A DNA stretch of 31,485 nucleotides, from positions 1 through 31,485 of IMG/VR virus record IMGVR_UViG_3300031857_017809. One strand, given 5' to 3'. Below are positions 25,614-31,485 of this stretch, piece by piece. The notes beneath the pieces are model-generated. The model was not told the DNA's origin. It searched no databases and worked only from the letters and a program-made list of their open reading frames with translations. The stretch is from a virus. Its lineage: Duplodnaviria > Caudoviricetes. Position 1 is the stretch's first letter; each line of letters begins with the position of its first letter. Made by a program: the position numbers and the translations under genes.

Positions 25614-26738
25614 TTACTCGATCTCTCCCCGCTGGAGTGCCTCAAACTCTTGGTCTGCGGTCATGGGTTGAGCGGGTGGAGCGAGTCGTGCGGGCCGCAC
25701 AGTGCGCGGTGCGGCGGGTCGCGTCTGGCTGCGTCGTGCCAGCTCCGATCCCAAGGCCTTCCGGTAGGCGTTCGCATGCACCTTCGGCGTGATGACCACG
25801 CCCATGTCTTCCAGCTCGTCCATTTTCTGCTGGACGGCCGTCTCGACCTTTTCAGCGATGTCCGCGGCCACCTTCTGGCCGTGGGTCGCCTTCAGGGTCT
25901 TCCCCATTCCTGCGATTTCCGCTTTCAGCGCCAGGATCTCAGGATCCACCGTGCGGGCATCCCGCTTCGGCGGTATATCGGCCTTGCGTGGTGGTGGCGT
26001 GTCCGCCTTCCTGCGCTCGGCCTTGGCCGCTTTCAGGGCGGCCAGTTCCTGATCGGCATCGAAGGTTTCGGTCGCTGCCCGTTTCAGGGCCGCCGCAACC
26101 TCCTGCTCCGTGAATCCATCGGCGGCGGGTTGCTCACCGATGAACGCTGCCAGCTCGGATCGGGCGCTCGTGTCTCCGGTCTTGGCCTTGTGCAGGCGGA
26201 CCAGGAACGTCGCCAGCTCCTCGGGCGGCACCCCGACCTGATCGAAGCGTTCCAGCAGTTTGTCGGTGAAAGCCGACTCCCGCTGCAATTCCTTCGTCAG
26301 TTTCTCGACCTCGGCCTTCGACTGCTTTCGGGCCTCCAAGGCCCTTGTCAGCTTCTTGACCGGGACGTGACCCCGTTTCAGTTCCTCGGGCGTCGGATCG
26401 CTCTCGTCCTTCTCCGGCGGCTGGGGCGTGGGTGCCTTCTGCTCGCCCTCCGGATCAAGAGCCTGCGACGGTTCCGCTGGCTGCTCGGTGGTGGGTGCCT
26501 CCCCATCGCTGCCTTCCTTCAAGAAGGCTTCCAGCTCGGCATCTGCCTCGCCAGGTTGGGGGGTGGTGCTGCTCTCGCTCTCCCGTTTGGCCGGCTGCTC
26601 CCCGCCGTTCGCGGTCGCTTCAGCATCCGAACTACCGCCGATCGCGGCCTGCTCGGTCCCCTCCGGTTCGCTGGCATCGACTTGGGGAGTCGTGTCGCCT
26701 TCGGCTGGGCTGGTCTGTTCTGCATTGCTATCAGGCAT
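25614..26738 (-). CDS. Capsid scaffolding protein, 374 aa
   Basis: Acidic E/P/A-rich disordered N-terminus, HVPVKKL followed by coiled coil, short C-terminal helix; between portal and capsid; SD GGAGGA. Confidence 0.8.
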   Translation of the reverse strand: MPDSNAEQTSPAEGDTTPQVDASEPEGTEQAAIGGSSDAEATANGGEQPAKRESESSTTPQPGEADAELEAFLKEGSDGEAPTTEQPAEPSQALDPEGEQKAPTPQPPEKDESDPTPEELKRGHVPVKKLTRALEARKQSKAEVEKLTKELQRESAFTDKLLERFDQVGVPPEELATFLVRLHKAKTGDTSARSELAAFIGEQPAADGFTEQEVAAALKRAATETFDADQELAALKAAKAERRKADTPPPRKADIPPKRDARTVDPEILALKAEIAGMGKTLKATHGQKVAADIAEKVETAVQQKMDELEDMGVVITPKVHANAYRKALGSELARRSQTRPAAPRTVRPARLAPPAQPMTADQEFEALQRGEIE

Positions 26739-26748
26739 GGTTCCTCCG

Positions 26749-28929
26749 TCAAGGCATGGTTGACGGTATTCCCGGATTGGCCGGTGCCGGCAACGCGCCA
26801 GCGATGGCCGGATTGCCGGCAGGTGCTGGCAGACCGGGGATGGTGGGTTGTGGTTGGGCCAGGGCTGACCTGAACTTGACCAACTGCCGAGCCCCCTGCG
26901 GCACGTCCACCGTGCGCAGGATCGCAGAAATCAGCGGGGCCATGTTCACCTCAGCCCCGATACGGTCGCCACGCTCCTTCAGATCGAAGGCCTTGGTCAG
27001 GGCATCCATGGCATCATTGATGGAGCTGGCCGCCTGCGCCCGGGCGGCGCGTTTGCTGCCGGCCGCGTTCACGGTGATGGACAGCGTGCGCAACAGGTCA
27101 TCACGGGTTGGGGCCGGTGGCCAGAACGCCGCCTGCCCGATCAGCCAGCGCACGGTCTTCTCTGGCAACAACACATTGGCCATGGACAGGGCTGCCTCAA
27201 AGATCCGCTTCCAAGCCGTGGCCATGGCCAGGGCATGCCGGCCATCGTTGGCCTGGCTGTTGTCGTTGGCGATCTGCGCCTCGGTGGCGAACCGGGCGGT
27301 GTTCACCACGCCCAGCTCCGACAGGCTCATGCCCATCACCAGTTCCAGCAGTCGGAACAGTTGTTCCAGGTCGTATTTCGCCGGGTTCCAGTCATCCGAT
27401 GCGATTTCCCGCATCGCCTCCTTGATGCCTGCCGGGTCCTTGACCTCGATGGCATCATGGGGCCGGGCACCCATCAGCTTTTCCAGCTCGCCCGGATCCA
27501 TGGATCCCTTCTTGTACAGATACCGCTTCATCGAAGCCCACAGCGACTCCTGCCCATCGGTCAGCTTCTGGTTGATGGCATCGTTGATCTTGCGGATGAA
27601 TGACACGTCCGACCGCGGCACCATGGCCCCATCGAAATCGTTGGCCGACACCCCCACATATGGGTGTCCCCAGGCCGGCATCACGTCGGGGACCTCATCC
27701 ACCAGCAGCCGATCCAACCCCTCGATGAAGATGACATGCCGATGGGTCAGGCGGTCATACCGGTCCCACACAATGATCTTGCCGCGTTGGATCCGGTCCT
27801 CATAGGTGCTGGCATCCGGATCCGCGGCTTCCGCCTGGTCGCGGATGCTGCGTCCGGTCGTGTCGCGCTCGTTGTCGCTGGCCTTGGCCATGATCTGGTC
27901 GCGTTCAGCCGGCGTCAGCCCGAACTGGGCAGTGGCCAGGTCGATGTGCATGGGCACCTGTTCCTGGACCCAGGCAGCCCGGTCGATCTGGCTGAACGGC
28001 ACCGACCAATCCCAGCGCAGGTTTTCCGGCCGCAGCAGATCCAGGATCGGGCCTTCCCATACGTCCGGCTCCGGCAGCAGTTCCCGCTGGGGAACCTCTC
28101 CCTTCGGCATGGCGGCCAGGCCGTCCCATTGGTCCATCCTCAGCCGTGGATCGCTCGATATGCCCATGGACACCCGCTGCGCCCGTTTCCGGGCGTAGTC
28201 GGTCAGTTGCATCAGCTCGGTGTATTGGTCGTCCTGATCGCTGAAGATGCCGGCCGCATACTCAGCCGACCGCAGGGCCAACAGGGCCAGTTGATCCTCG
28301 CTGGTCCGGCGCATCGACCCGGTGGCGGTGCGCTTCCAGTCCTGTCCCCATTGGATCTTGAAGATCGACAGGCCCACGGTGAACATCCCCAGCGCGGCCG
28401 GGATCGACAGTTCCGTCAGCCCCATCTCCTTGCCCAGCTTCGCCCCCAGGCACTCGGACGACTCCGCGATCCGTTCCTTGGCCTCGACTTCCAACAGGAA
28501 ATCAGCCTCGGCCTTATCGGCAGCCTGGATCAGTTCCCTCGCATCGGTGTACCCCGCCATCACCTGTCGTGTGGATGCGTTCCGGATGGCATCCTTGCGC
28601 ACCACATCCACCGACCCCGGCGAGCGTTCCGACTGCACCGACAGATCCGTTTCGGTCGGGATGATCTTGGCCAGCTTGGTCTGGATCATCCGCCCGGCCA
28701 GGTTCACCCCCAAGGTGTTGGGGGCATCCTCATAGAACAGGGTGGTATGCAGATACTTCCGGTCGCTCTCCCAGCGGTTCCAGGCGGTCTGCATCCACGC
28801 CGGCACCCGCGCCTCGGCCAGCCATCTCTTGATCGACTGCCGCACATGCTCCGGACCTTCGCGGACCTCGTTCTTCGGGGATGCCGTGGCCACCATGTCC
28901 GTCGCAGGATCAGGGGGTTCCATGCTCAT
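26749..28929 (-). CDS. Portal protein (P22-like), 726 aa (start reassigned to MSMEPP)
   Basis: Size and position; VNL....IQTK, PENLRWD, HPYV, I..INDAINQK, G......ATEAQI motifs; P/A-rich tail; ATGA overlap with the upstream stop. Confidence 0.85.
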   Translation of the reverse strand: MSMEPPDPATDMVATASPKNEVREGPEHVRQSIKRWLAEARVPAWMQTAWNRWESDRKYLHTTLFYEDAPNTLGVNLAGRMIQTKLAKIIPTETDLSVQSERSPGSVDVVRKDAIRNASTRQVMAGYTDARELIQAADKAEADFLLEVEAKERIAESSECLGAKLGKEMGLTELSIPAALGMFTVGLSIFKIQWGQDWKRTATGSMRRTSEDQLALLALRSAEYAAGIFSDQDDQYTELMQLTDYARKRAQRVSMGISSDPRLRMDQWDGLAAMPKGEVPQRELLPEPDVWEGPILDLLRPENLRWDWSVPFSQIDRAAWVQEQVPMHIDLATAQFGLTPAERDQIMAKASDNERDTTGRSIRDQAEAADPDASTYEDRIQRGKIIVWDRYDRLTHRHVIFIEGLDRLLVDEVPDVMPAWGHPYVGVSANDFDGAMVPRSDVSFIRKINDAINQKLTDGQESLWASMKRYLYKKGSMDPGELEKLMGARPHDAIEVKDPAGIKEAMREIASDDWNPAKYDLEQLFRLLELVMGMSLSELGVVNTARFATEAQIANDNSQANDGRHALAMATAWKRIFEAALSMANVLLPEKTVRWLIGQAAFWPPAPTRDDLLRTLSITVNAAGSKRAARAQAASSINDAMDALTKAFDLKERGDRIGAEVNMAPLISAILRTVDVPQGARQLVKFRSALAQPQPTIPGLPAPAGNPAIAGALPAPANPGIPSTMP

Positions 28930-29369
28930 CCCTTCTTCGTCCGACGCTTCACGAACCTGGCGAACGCTGGCTGATCTGCCGTCTTGCGGGCGATGGCCCG
29001 TTTGACCGGTTCCGCCGTCTCCGGCGGCAATGCCTCCACCGCATCGACCACCGACCCCATGGCGTCCTTGGCCCGGCGCAGGGCCAGGGCCGCCGCACCG
29101 GCAGCCGGGATGCCCAGCACCGACGCGATCCCCAGCCCGATCTCCAGCCAGGACCATCCGCTCATGCCGGTGGGCGTCAGCCAGGGCTTGGACGGAATCG
29201 GACCCAGGCCTGGGTTGTGCCGCAACCCTCCCTGGCCATCGCTGACCGATTCCCCCATGGGAGCGGTCGGCACCGGCTTGTCGGTGCCATTGACCACCAC
29301 CACCTCGCGGGGCGGGCAGGTCGATCCCAAAAACAGGATGCAGATCGCCAAAAGCACCAGGCGTCCCAT
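28926..29369 (-). CDS. Membrane protein with lipoprotein-like signal and second hydrophobic helix, 147 aa; possible spanin/lysis accessory
   Basis: MGRLVLLAICILFLGSTC signal-like start; WSWLEIGLGIASVLGIPAAGAAALAL transmembrane segment; basic C-terminus. Confidence 0.6.
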   Translation of the reverse strand: MGRLVLLAICILFLGSTCPPREVVVVNGTDKPVPTAPMGESVSDGQGGLRHNPGLGPIPSKPWLTPTGMSGWSWLEIGLGIASVLGIPAAGAAALALRRAKDAMGSVVDAVEALPPETAEPVKRAIARKTADQPAFARFVKRRTKKG

Positions 29370-29371
29370 GC

Positions 29372-29719
29372 TCAGGCCCTCGCCCGTTTCATCAGCGCCT
29401 CGGTATCAATCTGGGCCGCCGGATGGGCCGGATGCTCGTGGTCATCATCCGACCTCAGCGGGCAGCAGCGGATCGCCTTCACCAGGGCATGCAGGGTCGT
29501 GGCAAACTCCCGATTGGTCGACGTGGCATCACACAGCGCCTTCGTCATCCGCTCGCTGTTTTCACGGATCGCCTGGGCAAAGTCCTTGGAATCCGTCACC
29601 CGTTCGGCCTGGATCTTGGCCTGCGCCTTGGCGATGTCGCAGACCTTTTTCCACAGGGCCACGATCGCCAGAGTCATAGCTCCGGCGATCGGACCCCCGA
29701 TGGTCAGCAGTTCATTCAT
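29372..29719 (-). CDS. Putative holin-like single-TM protein, 115 aa (start reassigned to MNELL)
   Basis: N-terminal TM LLTIGGPIAGAMTLAIVALWKK followed by a coiled coil, the layout of BhlA/UviB-type holins; function is inferred. Confidence 0.55.
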   Translation of the reverse strand: MNELLTIGGPIAGAMTLAIVALWKKVCDIAKAQAKIQAERVTDSKDFAQAIRENSERMTKALCDATSTNREFATTLHALVKAIRCCPLRSDDDHEHPAHPAAQIDTEALMKRARA

Positions 29720-29750
29720 GTCGCGTTTTCGTCCCAGATCCGACCAGGGT

Positions 29751-30383
29751 TTATGCGTCGGCCAGGTCGGTAGGCACGGCATAGACGATCCGCACCCGCA
29801 CACTGCCCACGGTCAGGGCCGTATCACCGGCCCCACCACCTGTGGCGCAGGCGCACACGTCGATGGCCTCCTGGCTGGCCAGTACGGCATGGGTGGGGAT
29901 GGTGCTGATCTTTGCGTTCTTGGTCAGTGCCGAAGTTTTGCCGTATTTGTCGGGGTCGCTGGCGTTCGGACCCAGGCCAACCTTGACCGTGGTGCTGCCA
30001 CCGGTCAAAGCGGACTGGACATTGGCCTGCACCGCCAAAATCACAGCCCCGGCCGGTATGGGCGTGGTCATTGCCTTGTAGAGAGCGGCGTTTCCTGCGA
30101 ACGAAATCGTCTCATCAATGACTTTGATCTGTAATCCTTCGGTGGCCACGGCACCGAAGCATTGCGCCACGGCTGGAGCTGCTGCTCCAACCGCAGACAC
30201 CGTTGCCGTTCCCAGGACCGGAAACGTGGTGGCCACCCCAGCGGCGGTGATTCGCATCCGCTCGACGTCATTGGTCTTCATGACCAGGGGGTATTCGTTC
30301 TCCGTACCGATGTTGACCACATCGATATCATCGGGTTGGCAGGGCCGTACTGGGGCGACGCCCATGGCAGGGTCAGCGGACAT
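29751..30383 (-). CDS. Putative head decoration/spike-like beta-sandwich protein, 210 aa (start reassigned to MSADP)
   Basis: SD AAAGGAG; KTNDVERMRIT fibre-type motif; IPAGAVILAV...VKVG....DPDKY...GSVRVRIVY jelly-roll-like pattern. Confidence 0.65.
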   Translation of the reverse strand: MSADPAMGVAPVRPCQPDDIDVVNIGTENEYPLVMKTNDVERMRITAAGVATTFPVLGTATVSAVGAAAPAVAQCFGAVATEGLQIKVIDETISFAGNAALYKAMTTPIPAGAVILAVQANVQSALTGGSTTVKVGLGPNASDPDKYGKTSALTKNAKISTIPTHAVLASQEAIDVCACATGGGAGDTALTVGSVRVRIVYAVPTDLADA

Positions 30384-30384
30384 G

Positions 30385-30582
30385 TCAGTCTCCTTTCGGG
30401 AGTTGGGTTGGTTTTTCGTTCTCGGCGGTGGATTTCTCAAGAAGGGCTTGATCCAGAACGGCCAGCAGTTGATTCATTTCCTTACAAGAAGCTGATTTCA
30501 CACATCCATTTCCCAGGCGTTGCGCCAGCTCATCAAACCACTGTGCAACCTGAGATGTCAGTTTATGGGGTTGGGTTGTCAC
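30385..30582 (-). CDS. Hypothetical protein, 65 aa
   Basis: GTG start with AAGGA upstream; fills the gap 1-2 nt from both neighbours; lower GC. Confidence 0.6.
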   Translation of the reverse strand: MTTQPHKLTSQVAQWFDELAQRLGNGCVKSASCKEMNQLLAVLDQALLEKSTAENEKPTQLPKGD

Positions 30583-30584
30583 GT

Positions 30585-30869
30585 TTATTGTTCCTTGTTC
30601 TTGATCTGACGCTTGGCGAGTTTGCGGAGTACGGCGAGGGCATCGGCGACCTTGATTTCGTCGATGACTTCATTCTTGATTTCGGCGTTGAGCGGCACGA
30701 CCAGATGCTTGCGGGTGGCGTCGCCGCAGGGTTGGCCGGTGGCGGTGACCGGGACGAGATTGTAGTAGAGGTCCAGACGGTCCAGGCCGTCTTTGAGCCG
30801 GTACTCGACGCGGTCGAGGTCCAGGCGGGATTCGGCAGGTGTTGCTGATTGGATTGGGTCGTCGATCAT
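30585..30869 (-). CDS. Hypothetical phage protein, 94 aa
   Basis: GAGG SD; GC3-biased codons; directly follows the fibre gene. Confidence 0.7.
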   Translation of the reverse strand: MIDDPIQSATPAESRLDLDRVEYRLKDGLDRLDLYYNLVPVTATGQPCGDATRKHLVVPLNAEIKNEVIDEIKVADALAVLRKLAKRQIKNKEQ

Positions 30870-30877
30870 GGTGTGCC

Positions 30878-31483
30878 TCAGGTGGCAATAAAGCCGTGGG
30901 TACGCTGCATCGCCAGGACCGTGTTCAGCTTCGACTTTAGCGCGTTGACCAATGCGATTGCTGTAGCCAGATCAGAGGCGTCAGCGGTTGATTCATCAGC
31001 AATGGCGGCTTGCTGCTTTTTGAGTACCTGGGTTCCGTCGATTTTGATGACGCCGCTGCATTTCAGGTCGCCACCGGCGAAGATGGACTTTTCCGCGGCG
31101 ATGCCGCCTTCGGTGACGATGGAGCCGGTGTCTTTGTCGGTGGCGTCGGTGGTATCTCCGTTGAAGATCTTTTTCGCAAACGCCCCACCACCAGCCGTAT
31201 TGATCGAGGCGCTGGTGTCAGTTGGACCGGTGGCGTCGGTGGTATTGTCGCACTTGATGATACCAGTGTTGTGAATCGCGCCAGTGATTCGTAGTTCCTC
31301 AGTACCGCCGGGGTCTGCTCCTATCCGTATGCCTCCAACAACAATAGACGCCATTTCCCAATCCGCGCTTCCCGCATTTGGCTGCAAAAATTTTATATTT
31401 CGGTTTACTAATATTTCCGTTCCATTACCGCTGAATGACCCGCCTGCTACGCTTGCCGGGTTTACACCCAAGGCAATGTCGCG
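30878..31483 (-). CDS. Fibre protein C-terminal part (5' truncated by window)
   Basis: Frame is open to the window edge; two TTDAT....S....GG....K.IF repeats; terminal ALKSKLNTVLAMQRTHGFIA trimerisation-like helix seen in head/tail fibres. Confidence 0.72.
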   Translation of the reverse strand, partial: RDIALGVNPASVAGGSFSGNGTEILVNRNIKFLQPNAGSADWEMASIVVGGIRIGADPGGTEELRITGAIHNTGIIKCDNTTDATGPTDTSASINTAGGGAFAKKIFNGDTTDATDKDTGSIVTEGGIAAEKSIFAGGDLKCSGVIKIDGTQVLKKQQAAIADESTADASDLATAIALVNALKSKLNTVLAMQRTHGFIAT

Positions 31484-31485
31484 GT

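Larger units (their letters stand above)
1..31485. mobile_element. Temperate tailed phage (podovirus-like), integrase/att region plus virion morphogenesis operon; continues beyond both window edges
   Basis: Integrase and tRNA-derived att site; portal-scaffold-capsid-adaptor-nozzle-fibre-ejection protein gene order; no tape measure, tail tube or sheath gene; no recognisable host housekeeping gene. Confidence 0.93.

Noticed and set aside
28930-29157. N-terminal extension of the portal ORF (802-aa call)
   Set aside because: Off-frame reading of the upstream membrane gene; ATGA coupling supports a start at 28929

Overview
The window is the late (virion morphogenesis) half of a GC-rich temperate tailed phage with podovirus-like organisation. 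At the left end are the C-terminus of a tyrosine integrase (+ strand) and an attP-like site, which consists of the 3' half of a tRNA-Thr(CGT) flanked by four TGCTACCC repeats. Everything else is one tightly coupled minus-strand gene run. Read right to left, it encodes a fibre protein, small proteins, a decoration-like protein, putative holin- and spanin-like proteins, portal, scaffold, major capsid, adaptor, a Calx-beta protein, nozzle, tail fibre and three ejection-like proteins. It continues with a 2677-aa DarB-like polyvalent protein (adenine methyltransferase plus Strawberry-notch helicase), a seven-gene structural cassette and a 1297-aa metallopeptidase/LPD38 polyvalent protein. The most striking observation is a 120-aa gene with its own strong Shine-Dalgarno site and genome-typical codon bias, nested in another frame inside the methyltransferase-helicase linker of the giant gene. 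Other notable points are an AT-rich in-frame cassette with a possible ADP-ribosyltransferase-like domain, the same GSGY beta module inserted in both capsid and adaptor, and a Calx-beta domain apparently split by a -1 frameshift. All family assignments come from motif recognition by eye; no database searches were run.
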